A DNA stretch of 64,000 bases from positions 1,984,001 to 2,048,000 of the forward strand of contig CAVNZM010000006.1 of assembly GCA_963693365.1 (NCBI GenBank), in the 5' to 3' direction. Of this stretch, positions 43,800 through 56,482 are shown piece after piece. The notes below the pieces were generated by a model. That model was not told the DNA's origin. It searched no databases and was given only the letters and a program-made list of their open reading frames with translations. The position numbers were made by a program, and so were the translations under genes. Origin of the DNA: Amoebidium appalachense. Taxonomy: Eukaryota > Protista > Ichthyosporea. Position 1 is the stretch's first letter. Each line of letters opens with the position of its first letter.

Positions 43800-44549
43800 T
43801 CTCTGTGCTTTTTTGCCTATATATGGTTTGTGTTTTTTGCCTATATATGGTGGAGTTTGGCGCTTTCGGATTGGAGATCGTCTCTATCTAAAATCTAAAT
43901 AAAATAATTTAATTTAACTTGATTATGCTGCTAGATTTTGCTCGATGGATCGTGTTGGAACCGACCGACCGGCGGATTGAGATAGGGGACATTCTGATTG
44001 GCGGGATAGGTGATAAGCTAAAATCGCGTTTCTGGGGGCTGTCAAAGCTGGCGAGTGTTATACTGATTGACTGAGTGGCAATGGAAAAGGCTGGTAAACC
44101 GTTTATGTATTTTTTTTCTCTGTGCTTTTTGCTTAAGGCATGGTGGAGTTTTGCGCTTTCAAATTGACTACGGATTGAATTCTTACAGTTTTGCGGACGC
44201 AGATAGTTACTTAGATCCGGTTCCGCCAGTGCCGGATTGATAGGTTAGGGCCCTTATTGTTTAGCGTTTGCGGATTGGAGAACGTTTCTGTTTTGATGTC
44301 AGGAAAAGCACCGAGGAATTTGCTAGACGCATATGGAGGCTGAGCCTGGCAACTGAAGATGCCTAGTGCACAGCCGGCATTTCAGTTTTACAGAGCTCGA
44401 GTGAACTTCCTTCTGAACGTTGAATGATCAAGAGTGAAAAACGAAGATGATGTTTGATGTGTTATTTGAGTTTGGAAAGGAGGTGTTGACGAAGCGGGAT
44501 GTTGTCGCATGGGTACTATATGTTTTTGTGTTGATGGTGTTGCTTTACG

Positions 44550-46262
44550 GTGTTGTTGGGAAATGCCGCAATTTTGTTACGAGTGAAGGGATGCGAAGGG
44601 ATAGTATGGAGTGTAGTGCTCATTGGAGAGAATTGGAATCGAAGTATGAGAAAAAAACGGCGTGGATGGTTATGTAGTTTGGGATTTATTTTGTCTATTG
44701 TATACATTTGTGTAGCACTTATTTATTTTTTGATACCGGGTAATGTTGCCGTGGTAAGTATATTAAGTGTTTTGGGTGAAGTTTACCTTGTCGTGCGACA
44801 CATATTGAACGCTCTCGGGCAGTTGCGTACTTGTGTTGGCGAATTTCAAAGAGGGGATGTATGTTGTGGTCAAAGGAGCATTGTGTGTTTGCGAAAGTTT
44901 TTACGGCGTCGTATAGCCCTCAAGGCACATTTGAAATGTTGTTATGCTGCTAAGGATTTTTCGGGGATAGGTTGTAGGGGAACCAAGGATGAAAAAAGCG
45001 TGGCTGGGTGTGGTAGAAAATGTTTTTGCGCGTGGGTTTGTTATTGGCAGCTAAGACACCAAAAAGTGAAAAGGGGTCACGATGAAGGGGTATATGTAAA
45101 AAAAAGGTGGTGTGCAGGTGGTGTGGATACCACTATAGATTGTGTTCGAAAGAGCGAAATTTCTGGGCCTAGGATTGTTAGACTAGATGATGCACATCTT
45201 TATTATTGTCATGATGTTTCAGGACAGAATTTCGACTGTGCTTTTAACGTTTTGGGGGTTAGCAGGGAAGGAGCAGTGGACCTGCTTATGCAAGCAAAAC
45301 AGCTTCGTGAAGCAAGAGAAATGGTTGTTGAGGAAATTTGTGGTATAGGATTTATAAACGGTGAAGTGGGGGATTTGGGTCCATACATCAATGCTTTGCG
45401 GTATAGGTATATTCAGATAGAACAACAAATTGATGGTCTTGTACGTCATATTGACGACATTATTGAGCAATCTGGGAATATGCGATATAATATGCGTTTG
45501 GGAGCTGAGGAACTGGTTAATATTTCGACTAATGGTTTACCGCATGATGTTGTAGGTGAAATACGCCAAGTGAGGGAACAATTAATAGCTAAAAATAACA
45601 TTTTGAATATTGTGCGATGTTGGTGTGCAAGTGAGGATGCATACGTGCGCTATATTCAGAACTATATAGCTATTCTATGGAGGTGTTTAAGTATAGATGT
45701 GGAACGTAGCAATGGAGGATTCATGGAATTGATTGCATTGTTGACCGGTAGGCGTTTGATTGTTTATTTAGACGAAGGTAGAGAAGTGTGTCGAACTATC
45801 TTTGTTGGCCGTACTGCCGGAGGTAGCGAAGTTCTGCGAGTGATGTTGGATCCGAGGGGTGTCGGCCATTTCAGTTATTTAGAAAGTGCTACAGACGGAC
45901 AAAATAATTTATTATTGCCGTTTGGAAGAGCAGAGACAGAGCTTTCGTTTAAACCTCTTAATTGTCTTTCTTTTAATACCACTGTACCAGATGTATTTGC
46001 AATGCAGATAAATGGTCAACAAGTTAATGAAAATTATGTAAGTGAACAAAACAATAATCAATGTAAAAAACACAAACAATCCGTCTTGAATATGAATGGT
46101 GCTCGGGTCAAACTCAATGCAAAGCAACCCATGTCTTCAATGGTTAGTAGTTTGACTATTTCTAGACCAGTGTGCATGAATAGTCATACAACACGACACA
46201 TGATGCGCACCGTACGTCCGTATACTCTATGCCATCCACTGTGTATGTATATATATCACTAG
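44550..46262 (+). CDS. Intronless ORF with an OTU-like cysteine protease domain, probably a mobile-element remnant
   Basis: [16 protein letters not shown] (Cys 45237-45239), [18 protein letters not shown] and [17 protein letters not shown] (His 45867-45869) resemble the OTU Cys box, helix and His box; AT-richer and intronless, unlike neighbouring host genes. First ATG at 44646. Confidence 0.55.
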   Translation: MLLGNAAILLRVKGCEGIVWSVVLIGENWNRSMRKKRRGWLCSLGFILSIVYICVALIYFLIPGNVAVVSILSVLGEVYLVVRHILNALGQLRTCVGEFQRGDVCCGQRSIVCLRKFLRRRIALKAHLKCCYAAKDFSGIGCRGTKDEKSVAGCGRKCFCAWVCYWQLRHQKVKRGHDEGVYVKKRWCAGGVDTTIDCVRKSEISGPRIVRLDDAHLYYCHDVSGQNFDCAFNVLGVSREGAVDLLMQAKQLREAREMVVEEICGIGFINGEVGDLGPYINALRYRYIQIEQQIDGLVRHIDDIIEQSGNMRYNMRLGAEELVNISTNGLPHDVVGEIRQVREQLIAKNNILNIVRCWCASEDAYVRYIQNYIAILWRCLSIDVERSNGGFMELIALLTGRRLIVYLDEGREVCRTIFVGRTAGGSEVLRVMLDPRGVGHFSYLESATDGQNNLLLPFGRAETELSFKPLNCLSFNTTVPDVFAMQINGQQVNENYVSEQNNNQCKKHKQSVLNMNGARVKLNAKQPMSSMVSSLTISRPVCMNSHTTRHMMRTVRPYTLCHPLCMYIYH

Positions 46263-46679
46263 TATGTACAGCCGACATACACAACGACTACGATTTGTAT
46301 ATACGCTCCAGGGAGGAGAACATTAATAAAAAAAAATTTTTAATAACTTCCGCATACGCTGAGAAAAACATGCCACCTAGGTATGTCTGCATGTTGTTAC
46401 GCCATCTATGCATGCCACGACGGCTGCCTCTATATCTGTCTATCTGCTGCAGTCATGAACACATACATACTGTGTGTGTTCATAGCACGTGTGCGCGTTG
46501 TGTGTACGTGTACACACGTTATGTGCACCGACATATATCTCTGTATGTGCTTCTGCAGATGTCCGCATGTGTGCCGGTACACACGCACAAAACATGCACA
46601 TACACACGCACAAAACACACACACACACACAAAAAAAAAACACATGTACGCACGTACACACACGCGCACCGTTCTCTCT

Positions 46680-46798
46680 CTAGCTTCCTTCTCTCACTCA
46701 TTCTCTCTCTCCTCTCTCTCTCTCTCCCTCTCTTCCTCTCTCTCTCTCTCTCTCTCTCTCTCGCTCGATATTCACAAACGCACACACACACACACTCA

Positions 46799-46829
<31 letters not shown>

Positions 46830-46911
46830 CCCCCCCCCCCCCCCCCTCCCCTCTCTCTCTACAGTCTCTGTCTCTCTCTCTTTCTTCAAGGCTCTCTCAC
46901 ACACACACACA

Positions 46912-46988
<77 letters not shown>

Positions 46989-47059
46989 AGGCTCTCTCTC
47001 CCTCTCCCTCTCTCTTTGTAGCTCTCTCTCTCTCTCTCTCTCTCTCTAGCTCAGGCTAT

Positions 47060-47124
<65 letters not shown>

Positions 47125-47363
47125 TCCCTCTCCCTCTCCCTCTCCCTCTCCCTCTCCCTCTCCCTCTCCCTCTCCCTCTCCCTCTCCCTCTCCCTCTCCC
47201 TCTCCCTCTCCCTCTCCCTCTCCCTCTCCCTCTCCCTCTCCCTCTCCCTCTCCCTCTCCCTCTCCCTCTCCCTCTCCCTCTCCCTCTCCCTCTCCCTCTC
47301 CCTCTCCCTCTCCCTCTCCCTCTCCCTCTCCCTCTCCCTCTCCCTCTCCCTCTCCCTCTCCCT

Positions 47364-47428
<65 letters not shown>
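46680..47428. repeat. Compound (CT)n/(TCCCTC)n polypyrimidine microsatellite
   Basis: ~260 bp of perfect TCCCTC units (~47117-47376) embedded in CT runs. Confidence 0.95.
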
Positions 47429-47429
<1 letters not shown>

Positions 47430-48134
47430 ACGTCTGCGTACGTGCACATCGGTCCGTTTCCCTGATCAAGTTTTTTTTCCTTCTTTCTTTTTTTCCCTTC
47501 TTTCGAATTCTCGTTTTCAATTGTGCCCGCTAGAGGCTGATCCATGAGATTTGCAAGGCAAATCGAATTTAAGTGCTTGTCGGTGATGCCTGTCAGTGTC
47601 GGTTGCCTCAGTTTGGCAAATAAAGCATTGTTTTTATTGGATAGGTTTGTTTTGGCGCGAAAACGTAGATCTGGAACGGCAGCAATCACACTGGCACATC
47701 CGCCGTGGACTGTTCTTCGGGGCTTCTATGTATCTACTCGCGATGTTTACAACTGTACTCTCTATGTATACAGGTAGAGACTTTAGAGCTTCTTCAAGGT
47801 TTTAGGGTGAAGGAAAGAAGGGCACAAGAGCACACAGGAAACATGGCGGAGAACACGAGGGTCGGCCGATACAGCCCGAGGACCCGGAACGAGGTGGGTA
47901 ATCTTGTTCTTGTGTGTGCCTTTTTTTGTAAATCGTATGGTTTGTGGGCGCGTGAATTAATAGCGTTAACTCGCATGTGCCTGCTTTCCACTGCATTGTG
48001 CGCGTGTGCCAGGAATATGGGGAGGGTTTTGAGCCTTGGTGCTTTTGTTTTCTGGATTATGCTCGCTCATGCTTTCCTGGACACCTACAGAACATGGTAG
48101 TTTGGGGAAAGGGTTGCGGAGTTGGTTTTTTTTT

Positions 48135-48165
<31 letters not shown>

Positions 48166-48451
48166 GGAGATAAGGGGGAGGTGGGGGGAGGGGGGGGGGG
48201 GGGGGGGGGGGGGAGGGGCAAGGGGGCAGAAGTGGAGGGCAACACAAGACACGTAGAGAAAAGCAGAGGTAGGGGATGAGGGTAATAAGGAGATGTGAAA
48301 GAAAGCGAGGGCACGCGAGGGAGGGGAGGGAGGTGGTGGGGAAAAGGGGGGGGGGGGGGTGGGGTGGGAGGGAGGGAGGGGGAGCTGCATAAGAACGGAA
48401 AGAGGCACTCGGACATTGCCTTTACATCATGTAACCCCGCACTGTTTACAG

Positions 48452-49145
48452 GCTGCCCGTTTGCCCACCTGCCGCCGGAGCTCACCATTGCCATATTTAG
48501 CCGCCTGCGCATTGCCGACCGTCTCTCCTCCTCCCTCGTGTGCCATGCCTTTGTCGGACTGGCCCGGCAAAAATGTGCACGTCACATGACCATCACAGTG
48601 CCTCCAACAGACAGGGCTTCAACGTACAGGATATTGTGAGGTTCGTTTTGGCCTGCTGGAACGAGCTGCCCCCTCCTGCCTTCAAGAAACTCACCATCTT
48701 CTTTCCCTTGGGACCAGAGGTTGAGGTGTGTATCTGACATCTCTGTCCCCCCCCTCCCCCCTCGCTCTCTCCCTCCCTCCCTCCCTCCTTCTCTCTCTCT
48801 CTCTCTCTCTCTCTCCCCCCCCCCCCCCCCCCCCCCCCCCGGCTCTTTTCATCTGCGTGTCTTCTCTTTTCACGTGCTATTCGCTTAAGAGTTCCCGTCT
48901 AGCAACCTGTTTGTCATTGTGTGATTCGTACGTATTTGTACAGCTTGTGGCATTCTAACTACCCTTACCACCAACTGCCTTGTTCCTTCTACAATCGTTT
49001 ATTTTGTACCCTTTTCTTCAGGCCCTTTGCTTTTCCCTCACCCCGTTCACCAAACTCTTGCCTGTTACGGTGCCACATGTATGCTATGCCGTGCATCATG
49101 TTTATAGTGTTTTTTGGCACAGTTAGTGTTGTGTACAAAAACCAG

Positions 49146-49184
<39 letters not shown>

Positions 49185-50106
49185 CCCCCCCGGTCCCTCC
49201 CCGCCCCATATGAACCAGGACTACCCAGGCACCCCCCCCCCCCCCCCCCCCCCCCCTACCCACCCACCCACCCACATGCACCTTCCTCAACTCACACGGC
49301 ACATCTCTCTTCCTTCCCCACCAGGGCTTTGCAGGCGTGAAGGTTTTGCTCTCTTCACTCGGCAGTTTACGCGAGGTCGGCAAAAACACGTGTGTTCGCC
49401 AGCTAAAAGTCGACTGCAGCTGTGAATCGTCCGTAAATGGGTGGGCCAATAGGCCACACATACCTCAAGGATGGTTATGTTGGCAGCGAGTAGGCTCCTC
49501 CCCGGTGTGGAATACCTCGATACCGAAAATGCGGTGGATGTGCCTGTTGGTGTGAATGATGCGAGCACATGGTCCCGGACACTGAGATCGCTGGATATGG
49601 ATCACCCGATATTTTCTAGCGACGGTTTTTGGAACACGTGCAGAGCGCTGCAAAAGTTGGAAAAAATTGTTCTCTTTCGACCACAACGACCGAGAGAAGA
49701 AGACCTATGGCCCTACAGCATTAATTTGGATATGCTCGGTGAATGCACGACACTGCGAGAGATGGATATCGTATTTTAGGGACCATTACAGGTCTTCCCC
49801 GGCTACCCTTGTTGGAGAAATTGACTTTGTACGCTGTTAATGTGGACCTGAACGGGATAGATCAGAGCCCGTCGCTGAAAATTTTCGATGTTTATTGCTT
49901 GGGTAGTTGGACGGAGCCACCGCGTCTGCGCACGTCCCAGCCCGAGGTTTTTTCGGTGCATTGCGGGGATTATTGGGGTGACTACCAAGGGATGGTGGAT
50001 ACGGGATATCTGAGAGATAACCGGCACACGCTCAAGGAACTGTGCATCAATGCATATTGGCTACACACAGAGGTATGTTCTTTTTTTTTTTTTTTTTTTT
50101 TTTCCT

Positions 50107-50139
<33 letters not shown>

Positions 50140-50959
50140 TGTCCCGGCCCCCTTTGGCTCATTGACGGACGCTGTAGCTTTCCCGTAGCAATTAATAGGT
50201 GTAAAGATGCCTTTTTGCTGTTGCTGACTTAATTGTAGATGTGTGCATTGTATAGGTGAGCCTGTGAGAGGCTGTGTGTTTTTGGTGTATGTGTGTGTTT
50301 TTGAGCTCTCCAACGGTGTTCGTGTGTGGCTGTTGCCTCAACACCCACACGTTAATGCTCCTGCCGGCCCACCACCCTTTCTCTCGACTCTTTCCATACA
50401 AACACACCCATACATACTTTCTCACTCCGTCTCACTCACCCTGAAGCTCACTTTTCGTCTTTCTTTCTCCACTTTTCTCCTCTTAACCATGCCCATCTAT
50501 CACCTTTCCCATATTGTCTAGCTACCCCCCCCCCCCCCCCCCCCGGCCCCTCTTCCACACCCACCCACCCGCCCACCTGCACCGTCCCCCCTCCCCCCTC
50601 CCTCCCCCCCCCCCCCAATAAATATATATATAATAAGAAAAAATGAAAGAAAATATAAATACCACCACCACCACCACATCCTCCTGGTATTGCCTTCTTG
50701 CATAAGCAACCCTGCTCGTCTCTGATCGTGCGGGGCCATGGCCTACCCAATCAAGAGTCTGATTTGGTTTTTGCATGTGAGATGCATGGGTCAAAACTGG
50801 GGCACTGTGTTAGATGAGGGACCCTTCTGATGATGGGCTCTGCATAATACTCTGTTGGTGCTCTTTCATGCAAGATCGCATTGTCTCCCCTGTAGTGCAT
50901 GTGCACTTCGTACTTCGTACCCCCCCTCCACCCACCCACCCCCCTCCCCCTCCCCCCTC

Positions 50960-50990
<31 letters not shown>

Positions 50991-52081
50991 ACACACACAC
51001 CACCACCACCATTCCTTCTCCCGTCCTCAGCAATCCTCCTCACCTCTCGCTTTCTCCCCTCCTGCCCCTCTTTCCAAATCCCCCTCCCCCTTCCGTAGTC
51101 TCCTATTTCACTGTGCATACAAACACACAGCATAATGCTTATGTGATTCGCACAAAAACCAACAAGCACAAACACGTGCATTTCGTTCATGCACTTGGGA
51201 TCCCATTTTCACGCACCATACACCTCCTTACCGTAGGCTAATCCCATTCCTCTCTTCCCAACCGCGATTTCTCTGGTCCCATCCCCCCAACCCCCCCCAC
51301 CCCTTCCCCCTTCCCCCCTCCCCCTTCCCCCCTCCCCCCGGGCGGGGACCCGCCCATCCCCTCCCCCCTCCTCCCTCATACAGACACGTATACATACATG
51401 CATAGCTCGCCTTCTTTTTCCCATAACGCGCATGCATGCATGCATACGGGTTCACACACACACAACACATGTACGCACACATCGCACAACAACCACACAA
51501 CAACCACAAAACTTCAATCGCAGGTGCTACCCGATCTGCATGAACTCAGAGAGCTGGATATTACAGGACCGGCTCTTGATAAGGACGACGATGGTTTTCG
51601 TCTTAACGAGCATTTCTCATTGGTCAACCACCCGCACTTAAAAGACCTGTTCATCGGCAAATTCTGTGATGTCTCCTCCCTCGGCCCCATCCCCACCACC
51701 CCCCACGTACTCACGACAATCTCTCTTTCGGAGTTGGATATGCTAAGTGACATTTCGGTCCTCTCGTCCTGTATATATCTCGTCAGAGTTAGGCAGGAAT
51801 ATCTCGACCGCCTTAGCGGTATATCCCCCCTCGAACACTGCCGAGCACTCAAATCCGTCTATCTTGAAGAGCTCAAGTCTCTAGCGGACATAAGCACCCT
51901 TTCCCTTTGCCCCCTTCTGTCGAACCTCTCACTTGCCCACCTCCCACAAATGAAAGACCTCTCCTGCTTTGCATCGCATCCAAACTTGCGCAAACTTACA
52001 CTCGAGGAGATCAAAGCAAACGTCGAGGTTTTGGCTTCATGTCCGAATTTGGGATTTTGCTACGTTACACGCGGCAGGTAA
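48452..52081 (+). pseudogene. F-box + leucine-rich-repeat protein with apparent frameshifts
   Basis: F-box CPFAHLPPELTIAIFSRLRIADRLSSSLVCHAF; LRRs (LRSLDM, LEKLTL, LKELCI, LRELDI, LKSVYL, LRKLTL). Exons 48452-48725, 49325-50072, 51524-52081; the coding frame switches near 48610, 49465 and 49775 without plausible introns. Confidence 0.7.
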
Positions 52082-52193
52082 CGCAGGGTGTTTTCGAATG
52101 TTCCAATCTCTAGTCGAGAATGAACAACCTGATGCCCCCGCGGGGGGGGGGGGGGGGGGGTCCTGTTCATTTTTTTCTTTCTATTCCCGGGGT

Positions 52194-52231
<38 letters not shown>

Positions 52232-52815
52232 CTGTACATGAGGTGTACGAAACTCACACAGCTTAGATTACTATTCGACTAGGCCTAGCTAGTGTGCTGT
52301 TGGAAGAGCACAGCATATTGATTGATGGTTAAGTATTTGGTAAATATATTGATTCTTCACCATGTCTATATTTGGCATAGATATTAACCCATGTCCATAT
52401 TTGGTAATTTATGTAAATGGTAATTAATCTTTTCACAAAAGTGAGATGCAATGGTCACCTATACTTTGAATCCAGGTTGTTGGATGTTTTTATTTTTGTA
52501 AAAGACTCACAAAACCATTTGAAATGTACTTACAGAAGTTTTTGCGCGCCAAAAAAAAAGTTTTATAAAACAATAAAAAAAGTAGGAATATGCGAGTGTG
52601 GCGAAAGTGACAAAACATATTAAAATGAAAATGTTTATATGCGTGAAAGTAGTTGTGAAAGCCCATAATAAACGAAAAAATGCAGTGAATCCTTGCTGCT
52701 ATGTAATGGACGCCAAATGAATCTAAACCAATCGATCTCGCCCGATTGGTGAGTTGTTTTTTTTATTTACAAAGGGCCTTGAAATTTAGACGACCTGTGC
52801 TTCGTGTGTTACAAG

Positions 52816-52856
52816 CAAGGCCTCCTATATACTAACTTAGTATATAGGAGGCCATG
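52816..52856. mobile_element. 41-bp hairpin micro-MITE with an 8-bp TSD (hAT-like)
   Basis: CAAGGCCTCCTATATACTAA-C-TTAGTATATAGGAGGCCATG flanked by GTTACAAG at 52808-52815 and 52857-52864. Confidence 0.8.
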
Positions 52857-53092
52857 GTTACAAGACGGCTATAAAAAAAAGGTTGCCATTTTTAATGAAA
52901 TCCAATGCGCGCAAAAAAATATGATGATCATTAGTATATAATGACAGTCTATAAATGTGTACAATCCGATATCGATGCTGATGCAGGCATGGGAATAGCT
53001 GTAATGGTGAATTCGAAACCATATGGCCATAGCTATGGCCCATGATATATGGGTGGGTGATGATTGATGGTGGTGGTGGTGGTGGTGGTGGT

Positions 53093-53133
<41 letters not shown>

Positions 53134-53520
53134 GTGCGTGTCACACGCGGTGGGGTGGGGTGGAGGGAGGGGAAAGGGGGTTTCCGATCCGGGTAAAGCG
53201 TACGCGTTGCAACTTTCTTATGATTGCCCGGCCCGCAACGGAATATCTTGGTCCGAGAGTGATCGATACAGTGGATAGCTATAGAACACGGTAGCTGCGA
53301 AAGGGGGCCCTACACGCGTACGTGTCAAAATGGATTCACCATTGTCGTGTTTGGTATCCCGCACATCCCGTCATCAATAGATCGTGCACATTAATTTGGT
53401 GGTCATTTTACATTTGAATCGGAAGTTCCATCCCAGGATACAAAGGACACACGAAGACGGAGCATAAATCAGTTACTGTGTGCAAACAGAAAAAATCTTC
53501 CTTGCTGCCTCAAAACCTCC

Positions 53521-53528
53521 TATATAAA
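53521..53528 (+). promoter_or_regulatory. TATA box of the small hydrophilic protein gene
   Basis: TATATAAA ~85 nt upstream of ATG 53609. Confidence 0.45.
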
Positions 53529-53608
53529 CCATAAAATTTTTAAGGGCTCCAAAACTTAACGCCCTTTAGACTCTACCACTTTCATTGATTTCAACACCAC
53601 CCACCACC

Positions 53609-54613
53609 ATGAGTGAACAGACAGCGCGCAGCAACATGTACGAGTCCACCCCAGACACGCACACGGGCGGCTCCACGGGCGAACATCAAGGGGGAGACAT
53701 TGGACACGTGTTGGGTGAGACTGAGTCGCACGCAACAAGACAGATGCGTGCCACGGTGGAGCAACTGCAACAGACGGCAGAGAGGGTGAGGATGCAGAAG
53801 GAACAGGGACAGGTCACACAGCTGGATAAGGGCCTAGGTGCGTGCGTGATCATTGGATTGGCGCGGGAATGTTGATGTCTTTTGGTTTGCTTTGTTTTGT
53901 CTTGGTTTTTTCTGAAGGGGAAGTTTTTCTTGACACGTGTTGGCCTTTGGGGAGGTGATTTCTAGGCCTTGGGGTTACCTGATCAGGGAACCTAATGTTC
54001 ATGGCTTTACTTGAACTCGGCACCTATTGCACCCTAGTTAGAGCGTAAGTGGTGCATTCAAAGACTTTGACAAGTTAGAAAAGTGTAAGCACTCCTTTAA
54101 AAATGAATGGTAAGTAAACTTGATTTTTTTTTACAGCCGGATGAATTTGGAGGAAGTTCAATTGAACGTGCGATTACCACCATGACTTTGGGTTGGGATT
54201 TCAAAAGAATTTGCCCGCCCAGAAAATCCTTTTTTCTTTTTCTTTTCTCTTTCTCTCTCTCTTTTTTTTTTGTGTGTGTGTGTGGGGGGGGGGGGGGGGA
54301 GGGGGGGGGAAAGGGGGGGGGGGGGAAAGGGGGGGGGGGAGTTGTCGGGGGGAGGTCCTGGCGAAAAGGGGGAGGGTTTTTTTTATATTTTTTTTACCAC
54401 TTTTGGGCAGAGCTGTTTTCCAGGCTGCATTTTCTGGGGTTTTGTCTGTTGAGTATTTTAAATCATAATGTGGACGTTGCACAAGCATTACGCACGAGCT
54501 TGCACGTGCACAAGGGCTCCTTTGATATGAGAGGGCAGGAGCAATTTTTGCTTTGGTTATGCGCATTTGTAGGAGTTATTATATACCGTTGGCAATTAGC
54601 CTATAACATGTGT

Positions 54614-54698
<85 letters not shown>

Positions 54699-54882
54699 GC
54701 GTGTGTGTGTCCGCATGTGTGTGCGCGCATGCGGATGTGTGCATGTGCGCGTGCCGGTGGGCGTGTGTGTGGTTGTGTGTCCATGGTGTGTGTGCATGTG
54801 CGTGTGTGTGCGTGTTTGTGTGCAGGTGTGTGTCTGTGCCTGTGCACGTGCGCATGCGCCCGCGCGTGCGCCCACAGTGTGT

Positions 54883-54924
<42 letters not shown>

Positions 54925-54988
54925 GTGTGCGTGTGCGTGTGCGTGTGCGTGTGCATGTGCGTGTGCGTGTTTAAGTTTTTTTTTTTTT

Positions 54989-55043
<55 letters not shown>

Positions 55044-55257
55044 GGAGGGGGGGGGGGGAGGGGGGGAGTATGGCGTGTCAGAGGTTGCCACTGTCGTGCA
55101 CACATTTTTGTGGGTACATGTTTTCTCGTTTTGGTTTGTTAATTTGGAGGGGTTCTTTGCAGTTAATTTGGAGGGGTTCTTTCCAGGTGCTGGTGCCACG
55201 GCGGAGGAGTTGGCCGAGAAGCTGCAGACCTTGGGCAAACGACGTGGGACCCTGTAA
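53609..55257 (+). CDS. Small (99 aa) hydrophilic protein, two exons, function unknown (LEA/hydrophilin-like composition)
   Basis: Exons 53609-53837 and 55187-55257 join in phase 1: MSEQTARSNMYESTPDTHTGG...QLDKGL-GAGATAEELAEKLQTLGKRRGTL*; ACCATGA start context and upstream TATA. Confidence 0.6.
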
Positions 55258-55342
55258 TTGGTCGCTTCCGGCCGTAGCATAACTTCATTAGTGGTCACAA
55301 CTTTGACTTTTTTTTGGGGGGGGGGGGGGGGGGGGGGGGGTT

Positions 55343-55375
<33 letters not shown>

Positions 55376-55496
55376 CGTTTGCCTCGAGTTGGGAAACATT
55401 TACAGATCCAGAATGATGCCTTAATTTAATTTTTTTGGTAATAATGCAACTACATTTCCATAATAATTGAGAAGTGGTTCATGAGTTTGGGGGTGG

Positions 55497-55540
<44 letters not shown>

Positions 55541-55908
55541 GGGAGAAGGGGGGAGGGGGGGAAGCTTCGTAACCGTACGCGTTGTCGTAAGGTTTCAAGT
55601 TGGCTCCCCAAGCACATTTTCACATGGCCTATATTCATACGTTCACATGGCGGCAACGCCCTTTGTCAATTCGGGATTGCCCAATTGCCGACTGCATTAT
55701 GTCCCATGATGATCACCAATAAAGCTATTTTAGCTCGTGCATTGGGACGCCACTGGTAGTGATGCCGTGGCGGGCCGTCTGTGGTGGTGACGTGTGTGGG
55801 CTGTGTGCGGGCCTGTGTGTGTGTGTGTGTGTGTGTGTGCCGTGTAGTCTGTGCCGTTGTTTGTTGGGGGTTTTGGGGTGGATGGGTGGGTCATGGGTTG
55901 GGGGGATA

Positions 55909-55944
<36 letters not shown>

Positions 55945-56167
55945 TGGCGATGGTGATAGTGGTTGGGTGGGTTGGTGGTGGTGATGTGCTAGTGTAAGGG
56001 GGAGGGGTGGGGGGGTTGGGGGAGGGGGGAGGGGGGGGGGAGGTGAGGGCGGTACGTTGAGGAAAGAAGTTCTTCATCTCCTATGTGGGAGGGAGTGAAT
56101 ACGTGATGAAAGTAGGTGGGCAGGTGCTTTCCTAACCAATCGGAACCGGGCTACTCCGAGGCTCAGT

Positions 56168-56482
56168 CAGGGGTGTGGCAGAGCCCGGCAACGACTTGAC
56201 TTGACTTAGAGTTATAATTGTTTGCTTGGTTTGATGACTTGACTTGACTTGAAGTCGCGACTGGGAGGTGTACTATTTTTAGTAACTCCTCCGGCCCACC
56301 AGTGGCCGGCTGGGCCACGGGCGGGCATTCCGCCGCCATCCTCATATGCTTCCCCGCCCCAAGCCCCCCTCCCCCCTTCAAGTCACTCCTATGTCAGGCC
56401 TCGCGACCTAACTTGACTTGGTTGAAGTCAGGGTGCTTGGTGACTTCAAGTTGCGACTTGAAGTCAAGTCGCCACACCCCTG
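56168..56482. mobile_element. hAT-superfamily MITE (315 bp)
   Basis: TIR CAGGGGTGTGGC/GCCACACCCCTG; perfect 8-bp TSD GGCTCAGT (56160-56167, 56483-56490); subterminal GACTT repeats. Confidence 0.9.
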
